The notes: generated from the sequence alone by a model not told the origin. 64,000 nt of DNA from an uncultured Chloroflexia bacterium (GCA_963807915.1 CAWEDO010000001.1:205561-269560), one strand, 5' to 3'. Numbered from the stretch's first letter, positions 18,677-28,670 are shown. Numbers and translations are program-made.

Positions 18677-20278
18677 ATGTCCCGCATCCTGGTCGCCGAG
18701 CCGGTCGCGGAGGACGGGCTGGAGATCCTGACCGGCGCCCATGAGACCTCCGTCCGCCTGAACCTGCCGCGCGCGGCGCTCCTCGAGGCGCTGCGCGAGG
18801 ACGGTGGCTGGGACGCGCTCGTCGTCCGCTCGCAGACGCGGGTCGACGAGGAGCTGCTGGCCATGGCGGCACCACGCCTGAGCGTGGTCGGCGTCGCGAG
18901 CGTCGGGACCGACCGCGTCGACATTCCGGCGGCCACGCGCGGCGGGGTGATGGTCGTGAACGCCCCCACCGGCAACACGATCGCGGCTGCCGAGCACACC
19001 ATGGCGCTCATGCTGTCGCTGTTGCGGCAGATTCCCGGGGCGGACGCATCGGTCCGGCGCGGCGAGTGGGAGCGGGGGCGGTTCATCGGCGCCGAGCTCC
19101 GGCACCGGACGCTGGGGATCATCGGCCTCGGGAAGATCGGCAAGGCGGTGGCGCGCAGGGCGGCAGCCTTCGAGATGCGGGTCCTGGCTCACGACCCGTT
19201 CCTGACGGCCGAGCAGGCCGACGAGAACGCGGCCAGGCTGGTGGGCCTCCCCGAGCTCCTGCTTCGGTCGGACGTCATCACCGTCCACGTCCCCCTGGTC
19301 GCCCAGACCAGGGGGATGATCGGGGAGGCACAGCTCGGCGCCATGAAGCCCGGCGCCGTCCTCCTCAATGTCGCGCGAGGCGGCCTGGTCGACGAGGAAG
19401 CGCTGGCCCGGGCACTGCGGGACGGCCGCCTGGCGGGTGCCGCCGTGGACGTCTACTCGGCTGAGCCGATGGCGGCCGACAACCCCCTGCGCGACGCCCC
19501 CAACACCATCCTGACGCCGCACCTCGGGGCGTCCACCTCGGAGGCTCAGGGTCGCGTCGGCGTGGAGATGGCGGAGCAGGTGGTCATGGCGCTCTCGGGG
19601 ATCACGCCGCCGTACGCGCTGAATGCGCCATCCGTCGCGCGGGAGGTCGCGCCGAGCCTGCATCCCTACGTCGAGCTCGGGCGACGCCTCGCCATCCTGG
19701 CCCGCCAGCTGGCCCCCGCCCCGATCGGCGCCGTGAAGCTCACGTATGCGGGCGAGATCTCAGCCTGGGATGGCGGACCGATTCGCACCGCGGTGCTGGC
19801 CGGGCTGCTCGAGGCGGTCACCGACCAGCGCGTGAACGCCGTCAACGCGGATGTCGTGGCGCGAGAGCGCGGCCTCATCGTCACGGAGGAACGCACGGAC
19901 GCGGCCGACGCCTACGCCTCGCTCGTCATCCTCGAGGCGGGGGAGGGCGGCGATCGCGTTGCGCTGTCGGGCTCGTCCGCGCACGGACGACCTCACCTCG
20001 CGAGCGTGGGTGGCTTTGGCATCGACGCCGAGCTGGCGGGGACGATCCTCGTCACCCGGCACGCGGACCAGCCGGGCATTGTCGGCGCGGTCGGCAGCAC
20101 GCTTGCCGCCGCCGGGGTCAACATCAGCTCGCTCGAGCTGTCACGCCTCTCGGCAGCGGGCGACGCGATGATGTTCGTGAGCGTCGACCAGGCCATCCCC
20201 GATGACGTCCTGGCAGGGTTGAACGGCGTGCCGGGCATGATCCACGCGCAGGTGGTGGAGCTCCCGGCGCTGCCGTAG
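18677..20278 (+). CDS. serA: D-3-phosphoglycerate dehydrogenase with C-terminal ACT domain
   Basis: NAPTGNTIAAAEH, GIIGLGKIG, NVARGGLVDE, TPHLGAST.EAQ, DQPGIVG...NISSL. Confidence 0.93.
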   Translation: MSRILVAEPVAEDGLEILTGAHETSVRLNLPRAALLEALREDGGWDALVVRSQTRVDEELLAMAAPRLSVVGVASVGTDRVDIPAATRGGVMVVNAPTGNTIAAAEHTMALMLSLLRQIPGADASVRRGEWERGRFIGAELRHRTLGIIGLGKIGKAVARRAAAFEMRVLAHDPFLTAEQADENAARLVGLPELLLRSDVITVHVPLVAQTRGMIGEAQLGAMKPGAVLLNVARGGLVDEEALARALRDGRLAGAAVDVYSAEPMAADNPLRDAPNTILTPHLGASTSEAQGRVGVEMAEQVVMALSGITPPYALNAPSVAREVAPSLHPYVELGRRLAILARQLAPAPIGAVKLTYAGEISAWDGGPIRTAVLAGLLEAVTDQRVNAVNADVVARERGLIVTEERTDAADAYASLVILEAGEGGDRVALSGSSAHGRPHLASVGGFGIDAELAGTILVTRHADQPGIVGAVGSTLAAAGVNISSLELSRLSAAGDAMMFVSVDQAIPDDVLAGLNGVPGMIHAQVVELPALP

Positions 20279-20300
20279 GTCGCGGCCTATCATCCGCGGC

Positions 20301-21254
20301 GTGACCCGCAGGCCCTTCGCGTCGTCGGCCGACCTGGCCGAGAAGACCGCCACCCTGGAGGAGCTCGCCCCGGGCGTCTATGCCTACACCGCGCAGGGCG
20401 ACCCCAACGTCGGCTGCATCATCGGGACCGATGCGGTGCTCGCCATCGAGGCGCGTGCCACCCCGCTGATGGCCAGGCGCTGGATCGACGTCATCCGGAC
20501 CCTCACCGATCTGCCGTTCGGCGACCTGGTCCTGACCCACTACCACGCGGTGCGCGTGCTAGGGGCATCCGCGTTCGATGCGCGTCGCATCGTGGCGCAC
20601 CGTCAGACCGCGGCCTGGATCGAGGAGCGAGGGATGCAGGACTGGGCGAGCGAGGCCGGCCGCATGCCCCGCCTCTTCGAGGGGGCGGAGACGATCCCCG
20701 GGCTGACCCGGCCCACGTACACCTTCGACGACGCGATGACGATCGACCTGGGCAACCGGTTGGTGGAGCTGCGCCACCTCGGGCGGGGCCACACGGCCGG
20801 CGACATCGTGGTCTGGCTGCCGGAGGAGCGGATCTGCTTCGGCGGCGACCTGGTCGAGGCGCAGGCCGCGCCCTACATGGGCGACGGGCATATCGCGGAC
20901 TGGCGAGGCGGGACGCTCGACGCCGTCGCGGCGCTGGGTGCGCAACAGCTGGTCGGCGGCCGCGGCCCGGTCGTGCGGGACGCCGCCGTGGCGCAGGCGA
21001 TCGAGGACACCCGCGCCTTCCTGTCGGCCGTCCTCGACGGGACCCGTGCGGTCAGGGATGGCGGCGGGACCCCGGCCGAGGCGTATCGGTCCACCCGCGC
21101 GGCGCTCGAGCCGCGCTACGGCAGCTTCCCGATCTTCGAGCACACCATGCCGTTCAACGTGCAGCGCGCCTGGGATGAGCTCGACGGCATCGACCACCCG
21201 CGGATCTGGACCGTGGAACGCGATCGGGCCGTGTGGGACGCGCTGACGGGCTGA
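20301..21254 (+). CDS. MBL-fold metallo-hydrolase-like protein
   Basis: GDPNVG, THYHAVRVLGASAF, GRGHTAGD, FGGDLVE. Confidence 0.8.
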   Translation: MTRRPFASSADLAEKTATLEELAPGVYAYTAQGDPNVGCIIGTDAVLAIEARATPLMARRWIDVIRTLTDLPFGDLVLTHYHAVRVLGASAFDARRIVAHRQTAAWIEERGMQDWASEAGRMPRLFEGAETIPGLTRPTYTFDDAMTIDLGNRLVELRHLGRGHTAGDIVVWLPEERICFGGDLVEAQAAPYMGDGHIADWRGGTLDAVAALGAQQLVGGRGPVVRDAAVAQAIEDTRAFLSAVLDGTRAVRDGGGTPAEAYRSTRAALEPRYGSFPIFEHTMPFNVQRAWDELDGIDHPRIWTVERDRAVWDALTG

Positions 21255-22855
21255 TGGATGCCCAGGTCGCCGTCGTCGGCGCGGGGCCGGTTGGCATGAC
21301 GCTGGCCGGGCGACTCGCCCAGCGCGGGGTCAGCGTTCTCCTGCTCGAGCAGCACCCGCGCCATACCGGGGAGGGCAGCAAGGCGCTCTGCATGCAGCGC
21401 GAGACGCTCGAGATCTGGGCGCGGCTGGGGATCGGTGAGGCGGTGGCTGCGCGCGGGGTGCAATGGGACCTCGGCCGCACCTACTTCCGCGGCAGGGAGC
21501 TGTTCCAGGTGCGGCTTCCCAGCGCCAGCCGGGATCACTTCCCGCCATTCGTGAACATCAACCAGACCGAGGTCGAGGCGATGCTCCTCGAGCGCCTCTC
21601 CGAGCTGCCGGAGGTCGACCTGCGCTGGAGCCACCGCCTGATCGGTTTCGCCCAGGACCCGGATGGAGTGACGATCCGCTGCGAGACGCCGGCGGGTGAG
21701 CACGAGCTGCGCGTCGCGTACCTCGTCGGCGCCGATGGCGCCCATTCCGGGGTCCGCCACGCCAGTGGGATGGGGTTTCCCGGCCACTCGTTCCCGGACC
21801 TCTTCCTCATCTGCGACATCCACGCAAAGCTCCCCTTTCCGCGCGAGCGGCGCTTCTTCTTTGACCCGCCCTGGAATCCGGGACGCCAGGTGCTGATCCA
21901 CCCCCAGCCCGATGACGCCTGGCGCATCGACTGGCAGGTCCCGCCGGGCACCGACCTGGACGCCGAACGGGCGAACGGCGACCTCGACCGCCGCGTGCGG
22001 GCGGTGATCGGCACGTCGACCGACTACGAGGTGCTGTGGGCCACGCCATACCGCTTCCATCAGCGCCTGGTCGAGCGATTCCGGGTGGGCCGATTGTTCC
22101 TGGCCGGCGACGCGGCGCACGTGGTCAGCCCGTTCGGGGCACGGGGTCTCAACTCCGGTGTGGCCGATGCCGAGAACCTTGCCTGGAAGCTGGCCGCGAC
22201 CCTGTTCGGGAACGCCTCGGAGGACCTCCTGGAGAGCTACCACGCCGAGCGACGAGCGGCCGCCGTCGAGAACCTTGCCGTCAGCGACGCGAGCATGCGC
22301 TTCATGGTCCCGCGCGGACGGCTGCAGCGCCTGCTGCGCAACGCGATCCTGCGGGGCTCCCTGCGCCTGCCGCGCTTGCGGCGGCTCGTCAACTCGGGGC
22401 GGTTGGCGCAGCCGTTCAGCTACGCGGACTCGCCGATCGTCGTCGCGGAGTCGCGCGAAGAGCGCATCCCCACCGTCGGCGGCGTCGCGCCGGACGCGCC
22501 ATGCCGCCCCCGCGGCGAGGGGAGGGCACGCCGGCTGCGGGAGCTGTTCGGGTCGGGCTTCATCGCCCTGCTGGTCGGCGGGTCCGGCCGTGAGGCAGCC
22601 TCGATCGCCGTCCGTGCGTCGCGCCTCGCCTGGCCGGCTCCCTGCCAGATCGTGGCGGTTGGTCCCGACGGACCGCTGGCGGGGGTGACCGTCCTCGCCG
22701 ACGACGACGGCGAGATCCGCCGAGCGTATGGCGCGGCCGGTCCATCGGCCTTCCTGGTTCGGCCCGATGGCCACCTTGCGGCCTGGATCCCGCTGCGGCG
22801 GACCGACTCGGTGGATGCGCTGCCCGGGCTCCAGGCGATCGCCATCGGGGGCTAG
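21254..22855 (+). CDS. FAD-dependent monooxygenase (PheA/MhpA-like aromatic hydroxylase family)
   Basis: VVGAGPVG, GADGAHS, FLAGDAAH..SPFGARGLNSG; TGATG coupling to the upstream gene. Confidence 0.85.
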   Translation: MDAQVAVVGAGPVGMTLAGRLAQRGVSVLLLEQHPRHTGEGSKALCMQRETLEIWARLGIGEAVAARGVQWDLGRTYFRGRELFQVRLPSASRDHFPPFVNINQTEVEAMLLERLSELPEVDLRWSHRLIGFAQDPDGVTIRCETPAGEHELRVAYLVGADGAHSGVRHASGMGFPGHSFPDLFLICDIHAKLPFPRERRFFFDPPWNPGRQVLIHPQPDDAWRIDWQVPPGTDLDAERANGDLDRRVRAVIGTSTDYEVLWATPYRFHQRLVERFRVGRLFLAGDAAHVVSPFGARGLNSGVADAENLAWKLAATLFGNASEDLLESYHAERRAAAVENLAVSDASMRFMVPRGRLQRLLRNAILRGSLRLPRLRRLVNSGRLAQPFSYADSPIVVAESREERIPTVGGVAPDAPCRPRGEGRARRLRELFGSGFIALLVGGSGREAASIAVRASRLAWPAPCQIVAVGPDGPLAGVTVLADDDGEIRRAYGAAGPSAFLVRPDGHLAAWIPLRRTDSVDALPGLQAIAIGG

Positions 22856-22874
22856 ATGCTGGTCTCCGCGTGCG

Positions 22875-24023
22875 TCACGGAGGATCGAGCAGCGCCCCAA
22901 GCACGCGCTGGTAATCCGTCAGATAGGCGAGGCGTTCGGATCGAACGACGATGACGCGCTCGTACGGGGGCAGGTGCGCCACCACCTCGGGATGGCGCGT
23001 CAGGTCGTCCACGTGCAGCCAGACGCTATCGCCGAACCACGGCACGACATCCTCCATGACGATGCCCAGGAAGCTGTCGTAGACGATGAGCGTCGTGCCC
23101 GGAACGACTCGACCGGCGCCGCCGGCAGTCCAGCGCAGGATCGGTCGGATGCCACCAATCCCGGCCACGTCGACGTCGGCTGCCCGCTCCACCTCGATCC
23201 GCGGGCGTTCGAAGGTGGCCGCGGTCTCTTCCTCGGGCAGCCCCAGCAACCGGGAGAGGTCGCCGATGTGCCCGGCCGTACCTGTGCGAACGGCGGGCGC
23301 CGCGTCCCAGAGCCCCGGCTCGATCGATTCGACGAGGGACCGGATGCCGGGCACAGCGCCTTCGGGGGTCCAGTGCGTGTCGAGCCGGTAGTAGCCTCGC
23401 AGTGGGTCGGGCGGGAGGCCGGCGAGCACCGGGTGCCACAGATCGACGGTCGAGGCACTGCGTTCGGCCATTCCCGCCTCCATCGACGGACGGTTGGCGT
23501 CGGTGCACGTGGAGCGGCCCGCCACCACCTGCGGGAGCATCTCGCGATACGCGGTGCGCTTATCCGGCACGATCGCGAAGCGAGCGTCGATGCCGCGAGC
23601 CCGGAATGCCTGCGCGATGCCATCCCAGGTGGCGAGGATCTCGCCACTGCTCCACGGGCACCGCGGGAAGACCTCGCCCGTCAGGAACAGCCACCCATCC
23701 CGACCAAGGATCACCTGGGCGTTGGTTGATCCACCCAGCGCTCCATAATCGATCAGTGCCCGCCCGTTGATGGCCAGAGCCCGCAGCGGGAAGGCATCGT
23801 TCACCGCCTCATCGACGGTCCGATAGAACGCGGGATCGCTGAGCGCGGACAGCGTCATGGGCGGAAGGCTGGTCGGAGCCCGATTCGCGAGAGGCGGCGG
23901 GCGGAGACCGACAAGCATCAACAGCCCCGGGATGCCGAGCACGGCGACGAAGATCGCCGAGACTGCGATATCCCGGTAGCGCACCACTCGAGCGGTGGTC
24001 GGCGGGAGGATTGGTTCGTCCAT
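22875..24023 (-). CDS. AlgX/AlgJ-like SGNH O-acetyltransferase
   Basis: N-terminal TM; VILGRDGWLFL, IVPDK, DTHWT catalytic motif, GDLSRLLG, YDSF. Confidence 0.8.
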   Translation of the reverse strand: MDEPILPPTTARVVRYRDIAVSAIFVAVLGIPGLLMLVGLRPPPLANRAPTSLPPMTLSALSDPAFYRTVDEAVNDAFPLRALAINGRALIDYGALGGSTNAQVILGRDGWLFLTGEVFPRCPWSSGEILATWDGIAQAFRARGIDARFAIVPDKRTAYREMLPQVVAGRSTCTDANRPSMEAGMAERSASTVDLWHPVLAGLPPDPLRGYYRLDTHWTPEGAVPGIRSLVESIEPGLWDAAPAVRTGTAGHIGDLSRLLGLPEEETAATFERPRIEVERAADVDVAGIGGIRPILRWTAGGAGRVVPGTTLIVYDSFLGIVMEDVVPWFGDSVWLHVDDLTRHPEVVAHLPPYERVIVVRSERLAYLTDYQRVLGALLDPP

Positions 24024-24027
24024 CGGG

Positions 24028-25461
24028 TCAGAACTGGAAGTAGAGGAATGGACTGAACCCGCCGCTCGCCGCGAAGAGCAATGCGCCCGGCAGGATCAGG
24101 CCGAACTCCGCCAACCGCAGCCCCCCTGCCAGTGGGGAGCGGTCGATCTGGATTCGAACGCCGGTCACCCACGAGGTCGGGAGGATGAGCGACAGCGCGC
24201 CGACGGCCAGTGCGATGGTTGTCATCGGGTCGAGGGTCAGGCTCACCTCGGGCGGGAGTGCGATGGCGGGCCGGAAGAACGCCTGGTAGTACCCGACCGC
24301 CTCGGGCAGGCCCGCGGCCCGGAAGAGGACCCAGCCCAGCAGGACCAGGACGAAGGTGCGGACTCGGCCGACGAGCCGCCAGCCTGGGGAGCGATCCTCG
24401 CCGCGCCCAATCCCCAGAACGCGTTCCACGAGCAGGAGCAGTCCGTGATACGCGCCCCACAGGACGAAGGTCCACGCCGCACCGTGCCACAGCCCGGTCA
24501 CGAGGAAGACGATCACGAGGTTGCGGTAGGTCGCGCCGGGCGATCCGCGGTTGCCCCCCAGCGGCACATAGAGGTAGTCGCGGAACCAGCGTGACAGGGA
24601 CATGTGCCAGCGCCGCCAGAACTCGGTGATCGACGCGGACGAGTAGGGACGTGCGAAGTTCTCGGGCAGTCGGATGCCGAACATCAGGGCAATCCCGATG
24701 GCCATGTCCGAATAGCCGGAGAAGTCGAAGTACAACTGGACGGCGAAGGCCACCGCGCCGATGACTGCCGCAGCGGTGCCGAGGGAATCGGTCGGCGCTC
24801 CGAACACCGCGGTGGCGATGGGCGCCACGGTATCGGCGATGAGGACCTTCTTGCCAAGGCCATGGGCAAAGCGCAGGACGCCGGCCGCGAACATCTCGAC
24901 CGTCTCGGTGCGCTGGACCAGCTGGTCGCGGATCTCATGGAACCGCACGATCGGCCCGGCAATGAGTTGCGGAAAGAAGGCGATGTATAGCGCGAAATCC
25001 ACCGGACTGACGAGGCGACGGGCAGCTCCGCGATAAACGTCGATCAGGTAGCTCAGCGAGTGGAAGGTGTAGAACGAGATCCCGATGGGCAGGAGCACGT
25101 CTGCCCACGGGAGCGACGGAAGCCCGAGCCAGTTGAGGATCGCATCGGCCTGATCAACGCCGAAATTCGCGTACTTGAACCAGCCAAGCGCTGCCACGTT
25201 GGCCACGACGCCCGCCGCCAGATTGCGACGCGCGGCGGACCGGTCACCAACATCGACGCTTCGTTCGATCCGACCCCCGATCACGTAGTTCCAGGCGATC
25301 GAGGCGATCAGTACGAGGACGACCCAGCCGGCGCCCCACGTGTAGAAGAGGAGACTGACCGCCAGCAGGAACGCGTTCCGCGCGCGCCGCGGAAGCAGGT
25401 GATACGCGATCAGGGTGGCGGGGAGAAAGAGGAAGAGGAATGTGATCGAGCTGAAGACCAT
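24028..25461 (-). CDS. algI: MBOAT family O-acyltransferase (AlgI-like)
   Basis: MVFSSITFLFLFLP, LPIGISFYTF, FFPQLIAGPI, DFSGYSDMAIG, EFWRRWHMSLS, GLWHGA. Confidence 0.9.
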   Translation of the reverse strand: MVFSSITFLFLFLPATLIAYHLLPRRARNAFLLAVSLLFYTWGAGWVVLVLIASIAWNYVIGGRIERSVDVGDRSAARRNLAAGVVANVAALGWFKYANFGVDQADAILNWLGLPSLPWADVLLPIGISFYTFHSLSYLIDVYRGAARRLVSPVDFALYIAFFPQLIAGPIVRFHEIRDQLVQRTETVEMFAAGVLRFAHGLGKKVLIADTVAPIATAVFGAPTDSLGTAAAVIGAVAFAVQLYFDFSGYSDMAIGIALMFGIRLPENFARPYSSASITEFWRRWHMSLSRWFRDYLYVPLGGNRGSPGATYRNLVIVFLVTGLWHGAAWTFVLWGAYHGLLLLVERVLGIGRGEDRSPGWRLVGRVRTFVLVLLGWVLFRAAGLPEAVGYYQAFFRPAIALPPEVSLTLDPMTTIALAVGALSLILPTSWVTGVRIQIDRSPLAGGLRLAEFGLILPGALLFAASGGFSPFLYFQF

Positions 25462-25543
25462 CGGGCGAACCATACCGCCGCCCGGAGTCAGTGGGCCGGA
25501 GCTCCTGCGCTCGGCCTCCGGCCGGGGGCGCTCGCGGATTGGG

Positions 25544-25583
25544 TGTGGATAACTCCGCGAGATTCCGCAGAAGTGGTGGATAA
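25544..25583. promoter_or_regulatory. Pair of DnaA-box-like 9-mers
   Basis: TGTGGATAA at 25544-25552 (perfect consensus) and GGTGGATAA at 25575-25583 (1 mismatch), intergenic. Confidence 0.55.
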
Positions 25584-25707
25584 GTCCCCTTGTGTGCGTC
25601 AGCCGGCGGCTGGCATGCTAGGGGCGTCCCGGAGGGGCAGCTGGCCGACTGGAGATTACATCAACGGTCGCCGCGGTTCCTTCGGGACTCTTGTTGTGCC
25701 CGCGGAC

Positions 25708-26493
25708 TCACCCTACCGTGGCGGGCTGCAGTCGCAGGCTCCAGGCGCGCACCGCCTGATCCCGCCCCTTGACCTGCAGCTCGCGCTGCTCCCAGACCCC
25801 GCCTGGCTCCGGGGCCGGCGGCTCGGCGAAGCTCAGCTCGTCGCCGCCGACCATGAGCTCGCCGGCGCCGGCCGCCTCGCCCAGCCGATGGGCGACATTC
25901 ACCGCATCGCCCACCGCCGAGAAGCCGGCCACCTCATCGGTTGGCCCCACGAAGCCGGTGAAGGCGAGGCCGGTGTTGAGCCCGATCCCGATCGGCAGCT
26001 CGGCTTCGCGCAGGATGCGCCGGGCCGCGAGCAGGCCGTGCTCCGCGTGCCGCTTCTCGGTGAACGAGGGAATGAAGAGGGCCATGACGCCGTCCCCGAG
26101 GAACTTGTCGATGATGCCGCCCTCGTCGCGAACCGCCTGGGTGACGAGCTCGTAGAAGCGCGCCAACAGGGCCGAGAACTCCAACGCCGATGATCGTTCG
26201 GCCATCCCGGTCGAGCCACGCACGTCGGCGAAGAGGACGGTGATCGGGACCTCCGCTCCACCGCGACCGTGCCGCATCATCGTGAAGCACGGGTTGCACA
26301 GCTGCGGGTAGCGCTTGGAACGCCCGAAGCCGAGGAGGCGGACGATCGGTCCGAAGGGGAGGCCGTAGGGCGCGCTGCAGACGGGACAGCGCGGGTCGGA
26401 CGGGAGCCGCCGGAAGATTCTCGACTGCGGCGCCATCCCCGGCTCGGTCAGCGATCGGCGCCAGCCCTCCTCCTCCGAAGCGACCTGCGGCAT
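25708..26493 (-). CDS. Class III adenylate/guanylate cyclase with N-terminal Cys4 Zn-ribbon
   Basis: CPVC...CNPC, ITVLFADVRGST, IDKFLGDGVMALF, GDAVNVAHRL, VKGR. Confidence 0.88.
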   Translation of the reverse strand: MPQVASEEEGWRRSLTEPGMAPQSRIFRRLPSDPRCPVCSAPYGLPFGPIVRLLGFGRSKRYPQLCNPCFTMMRHGRGGAEVPITVLFADVRGSTGMAERSSALEFSALLARFYELVTQAVRDEGGIIDKFLGDGVMALFIPSFTEKRHAEHGLLAARRILREAELPIGIGLNTGLAFTGFVGPTDEVAGFSAVGDAVNVAHRLGEAAGAGELMVGGDELSFAEPPAPEPGGVWEQRELQVKGRDQAVRAWSLRLQPATVG

Positions 26494-26537
26494 GTGATCA
26501 GGCTACCAAACGATGGTTCCCGGCCTGGCCGCGGTGC

Positions 26538-27704
26538 TCAGAAGGCCCACCAGCCGGTGGCGAACCGGCCGGCGAAATAGACGAATCCGGCGATGCTCAC
26601 TGCGGAGAGCAGGACGAGCAGCCACGTCCGGGCGCTGATGAGGGCCAACGAGACGTAGAGCGGGAACAGGGTCAACGCATAGCGCGGCGTCGAAAGGAGG
26701 AACGAGGTCGACACGAAGAGGAGCATGTTGCCCGCCATCCAGATGAACCACGACGGCCGGAAGCGGAACGCCGCGTAGATCGTGCCTGCCAGGCCGATCG
26801 CCACGAAGAGCAGCTCCATGAAGCCGTACATGAGCTGGTTGTCCGGCTTGTCGCTCTTGAACCAGTTGAACGCGCCACCGATCGCGTCCCAGGGGGCGGC
26901 AAGCGACTTGAACCAGTGGTCATGCTGGACGCGCAGGAACTCGAACGGCGTCCCGTAGATGGCGTAGTTGAGGCCCAGGTAGACGGCAAAGCCCAGTGCC
27001 ACCAGCCCGATCGACAGCCACTCAACCCGCAGTCGCCGCTCGGCCGGCGGACGCTGGAGCCACTGCGTGAACGCCTCCGCCGCCAGGGCCGGGATCAGGA
27101 CCAGTCCGTTGATCCTGGCCAGCGCCGCAAGGCCGCCAAGGACGCCAGCCAGCCACCAGCGCTCGGTGCGGGCCGCCAGAAACGACCCGAGCACGAGCGC
27201 CATGAAGACCGCCTCGGTATAGCCGATGTGCAGGAAGTAGGCGGTCGGGAAGATGAGCAGGAACCACGCCGAGCGCAGCGCGATCGATGCGTCCTCGTCG
27301 TGCCGCACCAGCCGGTAGAGCAGCGGCGCGACGAACATCGACGCCACCGTCGTGACGACGAAGGCGCTGACCAGCGGGTCGTCGATCACGACGTTCACGA
27401 TCGTCGCCAGCCACGGAAAGAGCGGGAAGAAGACGATGTACAGCGCCAGGTCGTCGGGGTAGATCGAGCGGTAGCCGTGGGGGCCGACCAGCCCACTCGA
27501 ATCCCCGTCGCGGTACCCGAACACGATCACGTCGAGGAAGTGCGGCGCGTCCCAGTGGCTCCACATCCGCAGCAGGTCGCCCGGCTGGTCGATCGCCCCA
27601 TGCCGGAACGTGACGTAGGCGAGGGCGCCGACCAGCAGCACGCCCAGCTTGACCAGCCAGGTCAGGCCGATGAGCCGGCGGTCGGTGTCGGTCAGCCACG
27701 CCAT
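26538..27704 (-). CDS. GT-C mannosyltransferase family (PIG-V-like) membrane protein
   Basis: WSHWDAPHF, VFFPLFP, FPTAYFLHIGYTEA, STPRY; multi-TM. Confidence 0.8.
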   Translation of the reverse strand: MAWLTDTDRRLIGLTWLVKLGVLLVGALAYVTFRHGAIDQPGDLLRMWSHWDAPHFLDVIVFGYRDGDSSGLVGPHGYRSIYPDDLALYIVFFPLFPWLATIVNVVIDDPLVSAFVVTTVASMFVAPLLYRLVRHDEDASIALRSAWFLLIFPTAYFLHIGYTEAVFMALVLGSFLAARTERWWLAGVLGGLAALARINGLVLIPALAAEAFTQWLQRPPAERRLRVEWLSIGLVALGFAVYLGLNYAIYGTPFEFLRVQHDHWFKSLAAPWDAIGGAFNWFKSDKPDNQLMYGFMELLFVAIGLAGTIYAAFRFRPSWFIWMAGNMLLFVSTSFLLSTPRYALTLFPLYVSLALISARTWLLVLLSAVSIAGFVYFAGRFATGWWAF

Positions 27705-27774
27705 CGGCGCAGTGTACGGGCGAGCCGTCACGCGCCGCGACGCGGTACTCTCACCGCGAGAGGAGCCACCACAG

Positions 27775-28203
27775 ATGCCATCCGCGCAGCACTCGGTCAC
27801 GATCCACCGACCCGTCGGCGACGTCTTCGCCTTCGTGGCCGACGGCGAAAACGCCAAGCGCTGGCGACCCGGCGTGCTCGACGTTGCGCACCAGTCCGGG
27901 GAGGGCCTCGGCGCCATCTACCGCCAGGGCGTCAAGGGTCCGGGCGGCCGCCGGATTGCCGCCGACTACGAGATCACGGCCTTCGAACCGGATCGGCGGA
28001 TCGCGTTCCAGGCCATTGCGGGGCCGGTCCGCCCGAGTGGCGAGTATCGGTTCAGCTCGGACGGCGACGGAACGACGGTCAGCCTCGCGCTCGAGGCGAC
28101 GGTGACAGGCTGGAAGCGCCTGGTCATGGGTCGCGCGGTGCAGAGCACCATGGAGAGCGAGGTTCGCAACCTCGAGACCCTCAAGGCGATCCTCGAAGGA
28201 TGA
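27775..28203 (+). CDS. SRPBCC/polyketide cyclase family protein
   Basis: IHRPVGDVFAFVAD..N..RW, EITAFEPDRRI, C-terminal helix LETLKAILE; AGGAG SD. Confidence 0.85.
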   Translation: MPSAQHSVTIHRPVGDVFAFVADGENAKRWRPGVLDVAHQSGEGLGAIYRQGVKGPGGRRIAADYEITAFEPDRRIAFQAIAGPVRPSGEYRFSSDGDGTTVSLALEATVTGWKRLVMGRAVQSTMESEVRNLETLKAILEG

Positions 28204-28538
28204 CTCATATGGACCGACGACCGATTTCCTCCGAGACCCAGCGGCGCTACGACGAGATCGCGACTGGCCTGGCTGGCGCCGGCGTCAAGGCCAGCAGCAT
28301 GTTCGGGATGCCGACCCTCAAGCTCAATGGCAAGGCGATCGGCGGGCTGTGGGGCGACGCGATGACCTTCAAGCTGGCACCTGCCGCGCTGGCGGAGGCG
28401 CTCCGCCTCGATGGGGCGCAGTCCTTCGATCCCTCCGGCATGGGCCGGCCGATGAAGGCATGGGTGGTGGTCCCCCTGTCGCAGGCCGGGGAATGGGAAC
28501 GCCTCGCCCGGCTCGCCCTGGCGGCGATCAACGCCTAG
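28200..28538 (+). CDS. TfoX-N/YjbR-like small protein
   Basis: [29 protein letters not shown]; ATGA overlap with the upstream gene. Confidence 0.65.
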   Translation: MTHMDRRPISSETQRRYDEIATGLAGAGVKASSMFGMPTLKLNGKAIGGLWGDAMTFKLAPAALAEALRLDGAQSFDPSGMGRPMKAWVVVPLSQAGEWERLARLALAAINA

Positions 28539-28568
28539 CGCGACCGGCTGCTAGACTCCTCGGGCAGT

Positions 28569-28645
<77 letters not shown>

Positions 28646-28670
28646 CACATCCGCGGGTAGCGAGGGCGCA

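Noticed and set aside
25462-25707. Replication origin
   Set aside because: Only two DnaA boxes, no AT-rich unwinding element and no dnaA/dnaN neighbours
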